From positions 1 to 61,517 of IMG/VR virus record IMGVR_UViG_3300035128_000105: a DNA stretch of 61,517 nt; one strand, written 5' to 3'. Position 1 is the first letter of the stretch, and every line of letters begins with the position of its first letter. The stretch comes from a virus. Of this stretch, positions 1 to 9,072 are shown piece after piece. Made by a program: the position numbers and the translations under genes. The notes beneath the pieces are model-generated. The model searched no databases, had not been told where the DNA came from, and saw only the letters and a list, made by a program, of their open reading frames with translations.

Positions 1-49
1 GGCGAAACGACTGGAAGAACAACTCAAGGAGCGCTCATCCTCCTAGCTG

Positions 50-265
50 GTGAGACACACGGAACGCTCGACCACCCCGATGAGACAGCGCAAAAAACGC
101 CTGAGAACCGAAAAAGGAACCATGAAAAGACACACCCCCGCAATCATCGAAGAGCAGGTTGACTGTCCGCGCTGCAAAAGCCAACAACACGTAACGCTGA
201 TCTACTGGCCTATCTACCGTTGCGGCAGCTGCAAAGTCCGTTTTCGTAACGAGTGTGCGGCGTGA
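50..265 (+). CDS. small zinc-ribbon protein (CPRC...CGSC)
   Basis: 71-aa ORF with two CxxC pairs; no homology recognised. Confidence 0.3.
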   Translation: MRHTERSTTPMRQRKKRLRTEKGTMKRHTPAIIEEQVDCPRCKSQQHVTLIYWPIYRCGSCKVRFRNECAA

Positions 266-393
266 CTGAGCCCGGCTACTACCGCATTTTCCTGGCGCCG
301 GAAGAATCGTCCTACAATCGATAGAAGGCGCTCGGGCCTGTAATCCCGAGACGGTACACTCCAGCCAGTAATCATGGAACTCAACAAAACAAA

Positions 394-609
394 ATGCCGC
401 GTCAACGCGTCAACCGTTGGTACAGCTTCAAATGGTTTGGTGGTGACAATGCTGAGCAGCGACGTCAACACAATCACGTAAACCGAACAACGTGCCCTTT
501 CTGCGGCAGCAACGACGTCTACGACATCGAAGACGCCGAAGTCATGGCACTGCACCAAGCTGCGGCGAATACGTTGTTTGGTGCCAGCGAGCCCAAAAGC
601 GGACACTGA
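394..609 (+). CDS. small zinc-ribbon-like protein (CPFCGSND)
   Basis: 71-aa ORF, CxxC motif, immediately upstream of primase. Confidence 0.3.
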   Translation: MPRQRVNRWYSFKWFGGDNAEQRRQHNHVNRTTCPFCGSNDVYDIEDAEVMALHQAAANTLFGASEPKSGH

Positions 610-717
610 AACTCGTTCGACGACTGCAGCCCTGACCGCTTGCTTTGCCGGCCGCGTTGCGGCAATGTCGGCGCATGGCGCACGCCGAAGGCAAGGACCC
701 GCACGCACGTGGGGCAT

Positions 718-2502
718 ATGGGCCTAATCCCTGACAATGTAATCGGCGAGATCCGCAAGCGATCGGACATCGTCGCCGTCATCGGCCGGCACGTTCAGCT
801 GCGCAAGGCTGGGCAGAACCACAAGGGGCTGTGCCCGTTTCACAACGAGAACACGCCGTCGTTCAACGTCAACGGCACCAAGGGCTTCTTTTACTGTTTC
901 GGCTGCCACAAAAAGGGCGACGTGTTTTCGTTCGTGATGGAGTACGAGGGCAAGAGCTTCGTCGAGGCCGCCGAGAGCCTGGCCGGACAGCTCGGCATCG
1001 TCATCGAGCGCACCGAAGAGCCCGAGCACGTGCGCCGGCAGCGCGACGAACGCGTCCAGCTTCTGCGCGTCAATAAACTGGCGACGGAGTTCTATCGTCG
1101 GCAATTATGTTCCGACCACGGCAGCGCCGGACGGCGCTACCTCGCCGACAGGGGGATTGGCGACACCGTAGCGGAGACCTTCCAATTGGGCCTAGCACCC
1201 GATAGCTGGAGCACGTTGACGGACTACCTCGCACACAAGCGCGTGCCGATGCATTTGGCCGAGACCCTCGGTCTGGTCGTGCCGCGCAAGTCCGAGGGCC
1301 ACTACGATCGCTTCCGCGACCGCCTGATGTGTCCCATCGTGTTGCCCGGCGGTGAGATTGCCGGGTTCTCCGGCCGCCGGCTCGGCTCGGGCGACGACGA
1401 CAAAGCGGGCGCCAAATACATCAACTCCCCCGAGAGCCCGGTGTACAAAAAGTCGCGCCTGCTGTTCGGTCTGCACGCGGCTCGCGACGCGTTCCGCAAG
1501 CGCAAGCGCGCGGTGCTGGTCGAAGGCAACTTCGACGTCATGGCGCTGCACGAGGCCGGCTTCGCCGAGACCGTGGCGCCTCTGGGCACCGCGCTCACCC
1601 GCGAACAAGCCGATCAGCTGCGCCGGCTCGCCGACAAGGTCGTGCTCATGTACGACGGCGACAAGGCCGGCCAGGCGGCGACGCTCAAGGCCCTGCGCGT
1701 GCTCGTGGCGGCCGACGTGGACGTGCGCATTGTGGTCGTGCCGCCCGGCGACGACCCCGATACCCTGGTCAAACGCCTCAGACCGGACAAGTTCGGCGAG
1801 ATGCTCGAACGCGCCCAGGGCGGTATTCAGTATTTTGCGTACGAAATCTGGGGCAAGAACACCGGCTCGGACCACAGCCAGGCTCAAGTGCTGAGCGAGG
1901 CTGCCAGCGTCATTCTGGCCATCAGAAACCCGACCAAACGAGATCTAGTCGTAGGCATCCTTGCCAAAGCCTTGAATATACCCCCGCAAGTGGTACAACG
2001 GAGCCTCTCGCGAGCCCGAGGCCAGCGCAATTCCGAGCAAAAACAACAGCAACGCCCCGTGTCCCGGGCCCCTGCCGCCCCTGCCGCCCCTGCGGCTCCC
2101 CCGCCCGACCTCGACGAGCTGGCCTTGTTGGCGATCCTGGCCGAGCACCCGCAATTGAGGGAAACGGCCGAACAGAATAGTGTTTTTTCCCTCTTGACGG
2201 ATGAGCGGCTTCGGGACATGTATTGCGCCGCACGTCAGAATCGATCTTATCTGTCCAATCCCAGCGAGTGGCCCGAGGATCTCAGCGCCCTGGTAGCCAA
2301 ACAAATGCTCGCTGGAGCATATGCAGATGTTAAGGACCCCAAGCATTGTCTCATCGAAGCGATCGGCGGCCTCAAGCGGTTGCAGCGCGCCAAGTTGGCG
2401 GCTCTCAAGCGCGAAGCCCAGACGGCAAAACGGCGAGGCGACGTCGAACTCGAACGCAAACTCGTTCGCGAGATTTTGATTACTAGAAGGCAGGTCGATT
2501 GA
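718..2502 (+). CDS. dnaG: DNA primase DnaG-like (CHC2 zinc finger + TOPRIM)
   Basis: [11 protein letters not shown]...[10 protein letters not shown] zinc-binding motif; TOPRIM motifs [16 protein letters not shown] and [11 protein letters not shown]; internal ATG at 718 chosen as start of the 640..2502 ORF. Confidence 0.9.
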   Translation: MGLIPDNVIGEIRKRSDIVAVIGRHVQLRKAGQNHKGLCPFHNENTPSFNVNGTKGFFYCFGCHKKGDVFSFVMEYEGKSFVEAAESLAGQLGIVIERTEEPEHVRRQRDERVQLLRVNKLATEFYRRQLCSDHGSAGRRYLADRGIGDTVAETFQLGLAPDSWSTLTDYLAHKRVPMHLAETLGLVVPRKSEGHYDRFRDRLMCPIVLPGGEIAGFSGRRLGSGDDDKAGAKYINSPESPVYKKSRLLFGLHAARDAFRKRKRAVLVEGNFDVMALHEAGFAETVAPLGTALTREQADQLRRLADKVVLMYDGDKAGQAATLKALRVLVAADVDVRIVVVPPGDDPDTLVKRLRPDKFGEMLERAQGGIQYFAYEIWGKNTGSDHSQAQVLSEAASVILAIRNPTKRDLVVGILAKALNIPPQVVQRSLSRARGQRNSEQKQQQRPVSRAPAAPAAPAAPPPDLDELALLAILAEHPQLRETAEQNSVFSLLTDERLRDMYCAARQNRSYLSNPSEWPEDLSALVAKQMLAGAYADVKDPKHCLIEAIGGLKRLQRAKLAALKREAQTAKRRGDVELERKLVREILITRRQVD

Positions 2503-2504
2503 GA

Positions 2505-2705
2505 ATGCCCCGTACTTCCACCAAGACTTCCAAGTCTGCCACCAAATCCAAAGCCAAGGCCGCAGGGCCGAAGAAGAAGGCAGCTGGGGCAAGAAGCCTA
2601 CGAGGCGCTGCGCAACGACCCGGAGTTAGTCGAACAAAGGCCGGTGACTGGGAACTCGACAACGCATCGGTTCCACCACGACGATCTGACGAAGACGTCA
2701 ACTAA
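2505..2705 (+). CDS. small Lys/Ala-rich basic protein (histone-H1-like composition)
   Basis: ATG at 2505 overlapping primase stop; KSKAKAAGPKKKAAG composition. Confidence 0.3.
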   Translation: MPRTSTKTSKSATKSKAKAAGPKKKAAGARSLRGAAQRPGVSRTKAGDWELDNASVPPRRSDEDVN

Positions 2706-3289
2706 CGATCGAACAACCGATACGCATAGGCTCGATCGACGCTCATTGCGGCTTCAAAGGCCAGGGCTTCATCGGCGTCAGGGTTGCCGTCTCGAATTCG
2801 CCACGGGCGAGCGATTTTTCCAATCGTTTCACGGTCAATGTCAGCGGCTATGGCGCCAAGAATCAGCGAGTCGAGAGAGCCTTTTGGGGAAGCTCCCTTG
2901 GTGACTGTTTCGATGACAGCAGCAACTCCGCCTTTGAGTGCCCACGTACCTGCGTTACGACCGCCTCGTGCCTCAAAACTGTTGCGGCCACGGCGCAATT
3001 CCGCCAACTCGGGCAGGAGCTTGTCGGACCAGCTATCGGTAGATGCATCCCACGGAGGCCCCAACGCAAACTGTTCAAGACGTGTACCCACAACCTGAAC
3101 GCTGTGTAGCTCAATACTGTCTAAGAGGTGGCGCGCATCCTTTAGCTTCGCCAAAAGCTTGTCGTGACCGACGTGCGCAATTCCCGACGCAAAGCCGATC
3201 AGGTTCCGGTAGTCTTTCCACTGGTAGTTACCGAGTGTTTGGACCCGAACGGTGAGGATCTCGCTCGCCATGAGCTGGTGGTTGCTCAC
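2702..3289 (-). CDS. hypothetical protein
   Basis: 195-aa ORF, coherent composition, no confident family assignment. Confidence 0.45.
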   Translation of the reverse strand: MSNHQLMASEILTVRVQTLGNYQWKDYRNLIGFASGIAHVGHDKLLAKLKDARHLLDSIELHSVQVVGTRLEQFALGPPWDASTDSWSDKLLPELAELRRGRNSFEARGGRNAGTWALKGGVAAVIETVTKGASPKGSLDSLILGAIAADIDRETIGKIARPWRIRDGNPDADEALAFEAAMSVDRAYAYRLFDR

Positions 3290-3307
3290 GGCCCGAGTAT
3301 AGCAGCG

Positions 3308-3778
3308 CTACCGATCGTAGGTGTGTTGGAAGACGAGATCGACGTAACATGCCGCGTTCGCAACATTGGGTCCGCTGATGACGATCGCAACGCGACCTGC
3401 CGAGGCAGGATCGATCGTACTGCCTTCGACGGCGTCAGCTGACCACAAAGACGCTGTCGCCAATACAATCGCAAACGAGTTGCGGTTCCGCACACTGATG
3501 TGCCCACGCGGCGTGTCGATGTCCGTCACGGCCGTGAGCCCATCGCCGAAGAGAGTCCGAGCCGCTGCCGTAGTGGCGACAGGAGTACTCACGAGCTGCT
3601 GGATCGGGGAGCCGTTCACGACGAGCGAATCGACGTTGAGATCTGAGCCAGCAACGCCGCCCGCCAGACGATTGGTGATCCCCGTGACATCAGGCGCCGC
3701 TCCTGCGCCACCGTCGGAAGTGACGAGATACCGCAAACGGTTGGGAGTGCGTTCAACGAGAGCTACGGTAAGAGCCAT
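3308..3778 (-). CDS. hypothetical protein
   Basis: 156-aa ORF; near-palindrome GATCGCAGACGCGATC 23 nt upstream of its start. Confidence 0.4.
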   Translation of the reverse strand: MALTVALVERTPNRLRYLVTSDGGAGAAPDVTGITNRLAGGVAGSDLNVDSLVVNGSPIQQLVSTPVATTAAARTLFGDGLTAVTDIDTPRGHISVRNRNSFAIVLATASLWSADAVEGSTIDPASAGRVAIVISGPNVANAACYVDLVFQHTYDR

Positions 3779-3801
3779 ATATCGACAATATCACGGAGGT
3801 C

Positions 3802-3817
3802 GATCGCAGACGCGATC
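3802..3817. repeat. variant palindrome GATCGCAGACGCGATC
   Basis: same GATCGC arms, centre AGAC. Confidence 0.8.
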
Positions 3818-3848
3818 AAAAGCTAGTGTACTTTCCAGGCGTTACCAC

Positions 3849-4007
3849 ATGCAGTATCATGGAACCATGTCTCGATGTCCTGGTTGCGGACGCGACCTCA
3901 GCTACAAGCGTCCCGAGCCAAAACACCAATGCCACGTCTGCCTTCGTCGGCTACGGAAACCAACCGCAACCACTCATGCGGCGTGGACCGAGTTTTTGGT
4001 ACCATAG
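3849..4007 (+). CDS. small zinc-ribbon ORF (CPGCG...CHVC)
   Basis: 52-aa ORF flanked by a 27-bp imperfect direct repeat; low support. Confidence 0.25.
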   Translation: MQYHGTMSRCPGCGRDLSYKRPEPKHQCHVCLRRLRKPTATTHAAWTEFLVP

Positions 4008-4231
4008 AACCGTGTCTCGACGTGCGCTCGAAAACAGTCTCAGGGAACTTCTCTACGACGTCAGTTACACTGAGATCGTACAAGCACTAGCTGAGCTAGC
4101 GGCCGAAGAAGGGTCGAACCTCGATGACGAAGCTGACACGCAAAAGAGCCAGGAAGAGGCCGAACACCTGGAAGAGGTCGCGCACTCGTTCAATCAGGCG
4201 TCAGACGTTCTCGATGAGTGTGCAACCAGGC

Positions 4232-4630
4232 TCAACCGTCTTCGTGTTTGAGTAGGGCAGCCGCCTCAGCGAGCGCTCTGCGCGTGTCTTCTTTCGACTG
4301 CTCGCCTTCTAGCGTCTCGTAGTAACGTCGTTGAAGGTCACGCTCGCTAACAGTTCGCTCTCCGATCTGTTCGTCCTCACTACTCACAGAGAGTACGGAT
4401 GTCATGGCACGCTTCACGTCGTCAGGCAACGGTGTGTTGTCGGAAAGGAACACGTTGAATAGGCGGTTGAGTGAGCTGAGAACAGCAGCCTCTTCGGATG
4501 CTAATTCCTCACCGCAAGCATGACGATACGCGAGCCAGTCACGTGTATTAATCAGGTCTTCAGGTTCGACCTTATTGTCGATGTAGTGGCGCCATGTTCG
4601 CAGAACACGGTCGATAGAATCGTCTACCAT
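4232..4630 (-). CDS. hypothetical acidic protein
   Basis: ATG at 4630, 14 nt downstream of release-factor stop; C-terminal part of the 4232..4987 ORF. Confidence 0.45.
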   Translation of the reverse strand: MVDDSIDRVLRTWRHYIDNKVEPEDLINTRDWLAYRHACGEELASEEAAVLSSLNRLFNVFLSDNTPLPDDVKRAMTSVLSVSSEDEQIGERTVSERDLQRRYYETLEGEQSKEDTRRALAEAAALLKHEDG

Positions 4631-4644
4631 TGACGAGAATTCTA

Positions 4645-5289
4645 CTACCAAAGACCCCTGACGTAATCCTTGAACCGCCACGAGCGGCCCGTAATGTGGT
4701 CCGTGACGCGACCATCCTGGACCCGAATCGTCCGACGCTTGTCGCCGCGCTGGCCTGAACCTACCTGTGCTTTGCGTTTTGTCGCACGTGCTTTCGCCGC
4801 CGACAACCGTTTCTGATCCCAGAGTTTGGCGCGCAGAAGTGCGAGCGCCGCTGCCCGATTTGCGTGCTGGGAACGTCCCGATTCGCAGCGCACGAGAGTC
4901 CCTGTCGGTAGGTGCTTGACCTGCACTGCACTGTTGGTGACGTTGCGATGCTGACCGCCCGCACCCGAGCCGCGACATGTACTCCATTCCAGGTCACGAT
5001 CAGGTAGCCGCAGCTCGACCTGTGTTGGCTCAGCTAGCACAGCGACCGTCACGGTACTGGTATGGACGCGTCCGCGTTTTTCTGTCTTGGGGACTCGTTG
5101 CCAGCGGTGGCCACCAGGCTCGTGCTGGAAGGTCTTCCAGGCGCCTGCGCCACTCACGTGGGCGACGATAAGACCAGGACGCTGGTCCACGACATCAAGG
5201 CTAAAGACCCCTCCGCGCAGCGAGGCGCGTGTAGATGGCCAGCTGCTCTTCGACGAGCTGCTTTGCGTCCGAGCCACCCTCGGCAGCAC
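4645..5289 (-). CDS. class I peptide chain release factor-like protein lacking N-terminal domain 1 (RF1-type PxT=PKT; PrfH/RF-H-like truncation)
   Basis: SGAGGQHRNVTNSAVQVKHLPTG GGQ motif; HRWQRVPKTEKRGRVHTS codon-recognition region aligning to RF1 [20 protein letters not shown]; C-terminal GRVTDH; GTG start with stop 2 codons upstream, so only about 214 aa. Confidence 0.7.
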   Translation of the reverse strand: MLPRVARTQSSSSKSSWPSTRASLRGGVFSLDVVDQRPGLIVAHVSGAGAWKTFQHEPGGHRWQRVPKTEKRGRVHTSTVTVAVLAEPTQVELRLPDRDLEWSTCRGSGAGGQHRNVTNSAVQVKHLPTGTLVRCESGRSQHANRAAALALLRAKLWDQKRLSAAKARATKRKAQVGSGQRGDKRRTIRVQDGRVTDHITGRSWRFKDYVRGLW

Positions 5290-5338
5290 GAATCTCTACG
5301 ATGCATGTCTTCATGGTTTTGGCGACTATAGCATACGT

Positions 5339-5713
5339 CTAGAGTGGCGCAGACTTCATTTGAGCCTTGATAAAACGCGCAGCACCGCCTTTGACTGCGA
5401 GGGCAGCACACAAAGCCGCTCTGAATTCGGGATCTCTGGTTGCACGTCTCAACGCATACTCTAGGCTTGCGTCGTAACTGAACGGTTGGCCAAATTGACG
5501 TGCTCGCTGCAAGGCAGCCCGGCAATCATGGTAGGTGTTGACGGCCCACTCAGGCGCAAAGTGGATTGGTAAGCCCGGAGGGTCTGTTTGGGGTGCGTAA
5601 CACGGAACGTCCCAGTCCTGAAGCAACTTGAAAAACCGCGAAGAAACCCTGAGGACTTTTTCGTCGCCACACGGAACAACACACGTCCATGCAGGAGCGA
5701 TTATCTTTGCCAC
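5339..5713 (-). CDS. hypothetical protein
   Basis: 124-aa ORF in minus-strand gene array. Confidence 0.4.
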   Translation of the reverse strand: MAKIIAPAWTCVVPCGDEKVLRVSSRFFKLLQDWDVPCYAPQTDPPGLPIHFAPEWAVNTYHDCRAALQRARQFGQPFSYDASLEYALRRATRDPEFRAALCAALAVKGGAARFIKAQMKSAPL

Positions 5714-6213
5714 AGCTGCTCCCCAAGGAAGTACGTGGGGTGGCGGCAGTACACGTCAAGACAACGGTCAGGCAAACCACAATCGTGAAAGTAGCCGCAG
5801 CAGCCGCACTTCAGGTCATCGGGGAGTTCAGCGTATCCCAAACTCGCTTCGCGTTGAGCTTTCCGTTTGACGCAATCACGTTCTACCGGGATAGGGTGAG
5901 CACGATCGTGGTAGACGCGGTCGAGCTTCATGATTGTCGGGTCGCGCCGGACTCCACCTAAACAACGCTTGCAGTATGCGATGGTATCGCCATCGTGTGA
6001 CGTCCACCGTGTTGCATCGTTTGAGCACCGCTGCCACGTACCCCTACCATCAGCGTAATGCGCCTCGCATTGCTGGGGTGTCTTGACGAGTCGTGTACGC
6101 ACTATCGTGACCAGGGTAAGACACTGGCGCCAGACACACGTGTGCGTCGCGCGTTTGAGTGTGCCATCTTTGATCACCCGCGCCATGTAGTCAGGCGTCT
6201 TGTCCGAGATCAC
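5701..6213 (-). CDS. cysteine-rich hypothetical protein
   Basis: 170 aa with many Cys/His (CKRC, CGCCGYFHDC). Confidence 0.4.
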   Translation of the reverse strand: MISDKTPDYMARVIKDGTLKRATHTCVWRQCLTLVTIVRTRLVKTPQQCEAHYADGRGTWQRCSNDATRWTSHDGDTIAYCKRCLGGVRRDPTIMKLDRVYHDRAHPIPVERDCVKRKAQREASLGYAELPDDLKCGCCGYFHDCGLPDRCLDVYCRHPTYFLGEQLWQR

Positions 6214-6418
6214 GCCACGTTTTTTCTACCAAAGGCCGCATCGGATCTCGGGCTGGCAGGTAGTGAAGGAACCAGCGTAGAGCACCAAGGTCCCCACCAT
6301 ATCCGTGGGGTTGTTTGTGCCCGGGCTCTCGATGGCACCTAGACGCTGCTCCCTGCTTGTCCGTGAACGGTTCGCCACAAATGGCAGGACGGATCGGCTC
6401 ATTGGTGCTGCGCGACAT
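6191..6418 (-). CDS. hypothetical protein
   Basis: fits exactly between flanking minus-strand genes. Confidence 0.3.
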   Translation of the reverse strand: MSRSTNEPIRPAICGEPFTDKQGAASRCHREPGHKQPHGYGGDLGALRWFLHYLPARDPMRPLVEKTWRDLGQDA

Positions 6419-6784
6419 TTACTCAGGCACTCCTTGACAGTCCGGGCAGACGTAATCCTTGGGTTCTTTTTCGACAACAAACCAGGTCCAACACTCACCG
6501 CACTTGCTCTTGTTGCACTTGTAACAGTACCAGCCGAGGTTGCTGCACTCTTCGCACTCGGGCTCGCCTTCGCCGTCAAAGAACGTGTTGAGACTGCCGC
6601 ACTCCCCGCATTCAGTGTCGTACTCATAGCCGCACGCAGTGTCGTACGTGACCTGGTGGAAACCGTTGGTCGTCTTGTCATCACTGGTGTTGCCACAACT
6701 GTAGCAGCGCCAGACAACAGGATCGTCTCGCCCATTATCGAATGGTTGCAGTATGTCGTCGTTTGTTGTTTGGACGAGTTTCAT
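6419..6784 (-). CDS. cysteine-rich (multi-CxxC) hypothetical protein
   Basis: 121 aa with at least 7 CxxC pairs (CYSCG, CGECG, CEEC, CYKC, CGEC, CPDC). Confidence 0.5.
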   Translation of the reverse strand: MKLVQTTNDDILQPFDNGRDDPVVWRCYSCGNTSDDKTTNGFHQVTYDTACGYEYDTECGECGSLNTFFDGEGEPECEECSNLGWYCYKCNKSKCGECWTWFVVEKEPKDYVCPDCQGVPE

Positions 6785-6954
6785 GAGGGCGCCATCGACC
6801 GCACCAGCGGCAGCAAATTGTCGTGGAAGTGCGTATTGGCCAATCCCAGACTACGTTTTCATGTGTGCGATGCCAACCGAACAGGCACAACAAGCATAAG
6901 GGGCCACGATGCACTTCCATATGGGGCGAACGGTATATCACACGTCAGCCTCCA

Positions 6955-7272
6955 TCACCTGCATACCTCCGCAGTGCACAGTCCACGCTCGTGACACGAC
7001 GGACAGTGGTGGTCAGCGTACTCGCACGGCGCGCGACCACGCTCTGCACGAGGCTTGATACCACAGTGATAGCAATCGCAGTCGCGCGGCCCATCGGTCG
7101 CAGAACGAGGCGACCACGGATGCGTTGGATCCTCGCAATCGCACGTCAACCAAACCGGATTACCGTTCTCATCGTAGGCCGACCAGCCGTGGCGACACGC
7201 AGCAGATTCGACATGGTGTGCTGGTGGAAGCGGCAAAGGGGTTGATGGTTGTTGGAATAAGTCGTCAGTCAT
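6955..7272 (-). CDS. cysteine/histidine-rich hypothetical protein
   Basis: CDCEDPTHPW, CDCYHCG, HHCPSCH motifs. Confidence 0.4.
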   Translation of the reverse strand: MTDDLFQQPSTPLPLPPAHHVESAACRHGWSAYDENGNPVWLTCDCEDPTHPWSPRSATDGPRDCDCYHCGIKPRAERGRAPCEYADHHCPSCHERGLCTAEVCR

Positions 7273-7523
7273 TCAGATTCGTTCTTTGTTAGCTCAGCAC
7301 ACAACGACCACTTCCAACCGTGTTCTTTGTGCACTTCTTCTCTCAGGGCCCAGTAAGGATCGCCATGCTGGTTGCCGGTCAGTACTTCGATGAAGAAACA
7401 CGTATCCGTGACTTGCCTAATACGCCATCGTCCCGCCAGCCAATCAGGAAACTCGAAGGAGAGCCTACTCGCCATTCTTACCGTTTGACAGAACAAGGTC
7501 ACGGTAGTGATCGCGCTCGTCAT
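7269..7523 (-). CDS. hypothetical protein
   Basis: 84-aa ORF, overlaps neighbours by a few nt. Confidence 0.35.
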   Translation of the reverse strand: MTSAITTVTLFCQTVRMASRLSFEFPDWLAGRWRIRQVTDTCFFIEVLTGNQHGDPYWALREEVHKEHGWKWSLCAELTKNESE

Positions 7524-7959
7524 GAAGACGGTTAACTTTTTCTACAAGCCGCTGGACGTCTTCCTCTAAGCATGCGACATGCGTTGCAAGACTTACCCAG
7601 GGTGCAGGAACAGCCAGCGGTACTTCCAGGTTACGGAATGCGGAGTACGCGAGGCACGAGACCTTGAGCAAGAACTCACGGGCTGCACCCGGAGGCCACG
7701 GCAGTGTTTTTGGCCGTGTCCGATTGGCTGTCACATCCTGATGAGGCGTACTTTTTGTGCTGTGCCCGACAGGAATACTTTTTGTGCTGCGCCCGATAGG
7801 AACGCTTTTGATCTCGTGACCACCATTGCCGTCAGGAATAATGGCCGTCACACGACTAACGTAGCCAGGAACGTCTGTCGTGCGAAACACGTCCCGAACA
7901 CGAACACCGCCGTGTTCAGCTTCGTTCACCCAAAAACCATCGACCAAAATCTCAATCAC
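7465..7959 (-). CDS. hypothetical protein with in-frame 27-bp tandem duplication
   Basis: peptide SVPIGRSTK/SIPVGHSTK encoded by tandem DNA repeat 7749..7802. Confidence 0.4.
   Translation of the reverse strand: MIEILVDGFWVNEAEHGGVRVRDVFRTTDVPGYVSRVTAIIPDGNGGHEIKSVPIGRSTKSIPVGHSTKSTPHQDVTANRTRPKTLPWPPGAAREFLLKVSCLAYSAFRNLEVPLAVPAPWVSLATHVACLEEDVQRLVEKVNRLHDERDHYRDLVLSNGKNGE
7749..7802 (-). repeat. 27-bp tandem duplication (x2) inside CDS
   Basis: TACTTTTTGTGCTG(T/C)GCCCGA(C/T)AGGAA twice. Confidence 0.85.
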
Positions 7960-7970
7960 GGCGTGGGCTC

Positions 7971-8507
7971 CTATTTTGGGCCGACGAGCATCGTCATGAC
8001 ACGGTTTTCGTAGCGAGCGGCTCGTTCGAGCTTGGCAACATCGACCAGGTCCGCCATCAACTTGTCGAGCGCGGCGCGACCCGTTCTGGGATGCGCATTT
8101 TCACGGCCACGAAATCGCACTTCAAACTGGACCCGGTTGCCGGCTTCGAGGAATTTGCGAGCTGCTTTGGCTTTGAACGCCAGGTCGTGCGTGTCCGTTT
8201 TTGGGCGCAGCTTGATGATCTTCAACTCGACTTTGGCTTGGCGTTTTTTCTGTTCGTTCTTACGCTTCTTTTCGTCGTACTTGAACTTACCAAAGTCCAT
8301 GATCTTACAGACAGGTGGACGTGCATTGGGTGACACCTCAACCAGGTCAAGTCCCAGCTCGGCTGCTTTCGTGCGCGCGTCGTCAGTTGGCATGACACCG
8401 AGCTTGGTACCGTCTTCGAGGACAACGAAGACCGGCGAAAAACGGATGCGGCTATTGGTGCGAGGCCCGGTTGGTCTTGGACGGTTACCGTGAGACTGTC
8501 TACCCAA
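7971..8507 (-). CDS. infC: translation initiation factor IF-3
   Basis: LDLVEVSPNARPPVCKIMDFGKFKYDEKK and RFRGRENAH match IF-3 N- and C-domains; TTG start preceded by GGAAGGAAG SD. Confidence 0.85.
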   Translation of the reverse strand: MGRQSHGNRPRPTGPRTNSRIRFSPVFVVLEDGTKLGVMPTDDARTKAAELGLDLVEVSPNARPPVCKIMDFGKFKYDEKKRKNEQKKRQAKVELKIIKLRPKTDTHDLAFKAKAARKFLEAGNRVQFEVRFRGRENAHPRTGRAALDKLMADLVDVAKLERAARYENRVMTMLVGPK

Positions 8508-8528
8508 TTTGATCTTCCTTCCATACGT

Positions 8529-9071
8529 TCATTTGTTTTGTCGTTCCTCCGAACGATCCTTCATGGCTTCATCGAGACTGCTGTATTGCGGTAGCTCGTC
8601 ACGTTCCCACTTGCACCCGTTGCATTTACACTCAGGACCCACCATAGCAAAGCCGCATGACAAATAGGTCTTGCCGTCTTTGCTCCAGATGCCGTCTTCG
8701 CCCCAAACAGCACCATCGTTACCATCTGGTGTACCAGGAGGCGGCACCGCCTTGGCAGCTGTCGGCATTTTGGGCACAGGGATTGGATTCTTTTGCCAAC
8801 GACGAAATCGCGCAAATTTGAATGCCCGCCGATCAGCGATGCGTACTTTGTTCAGCCCACAGTACTGCGAGACGAAGTCGATGGCTGCCAGGACATCTCC
8901 CAACTCGCCTTCGAGACGGTCTTTCAGGTTTGTACCGTCCCAGTGCATGATTTCGCCGCTGCTACCAATGAGCTTGCCGCAGACCTGTCCCACCTCATTG
9001 CACTCCTCAATGAGTTTACTGATCCCAGGCCAACGGTTGGAGCCGATAGAAAAGTCGCCGCTGTCAGGCAT
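8529..9071 (-). CDS. MazG-like nucleotide pyrophosphohydrolase domain protein with C-terminal Cys cluster
   Basis: KLIEECNEVGQVCGK...LEGELGDVLAAIDFV resembles the MazG/NTP-PPase EExGE...ELGDVL signature. Confidence 0.55.
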   Translation of the reverse strand: MPDSGDFSIGSNRWPGISKLIEECNEVGQVCGKLIGSSGEIMHWDGTNLKDRLEGELGDVLAAIDFVSQYCGLNKVRIADRRAFKFARFRRWQKNPIPVPKMPTAAKAVPPPGTPDGNDGAVWGEDGIWSKDGKTYLSCGFAMVGPECKCNGCKWERDELPQYSSLDEAMKDRSEERQNK

Positions 9072-9072
9072 G

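Noticed and set aside
1192-2592. Several minus-strand ORFs (1192..1887, 1945..2592, 1884..2219)
   Set aside because: Antisense to the well-supported DnaG primase.
2702-3289. Possible macro/KilA-C domain assignment
   Set aside because: Only a short GG(V)AA(V)I resemblance in the wrong position for a macro domain; left as hypothetical.
3366-4007. 213-aa plus ORF
   Set aside because: Most of it is antisense to the 3308..3778 gene with Ala/Thr-rich artefactual composition; only its last ~52 codons (zinc ribbon) were kept as a low-confidence feature.
4232-4987. Full 251-aa ORF
   Set aside because: N-terminal two thirds overlap the release-factor-like gene in another frame; trimmed to 4232..4630.
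6226-6994. ORFs 6226..6735 (-) and 6305..6994 (+)
   Set aside because: Ala/Ser/Thr/Val-rich GC-frame artefacts overlapping the better-supported Cys-rich genes.
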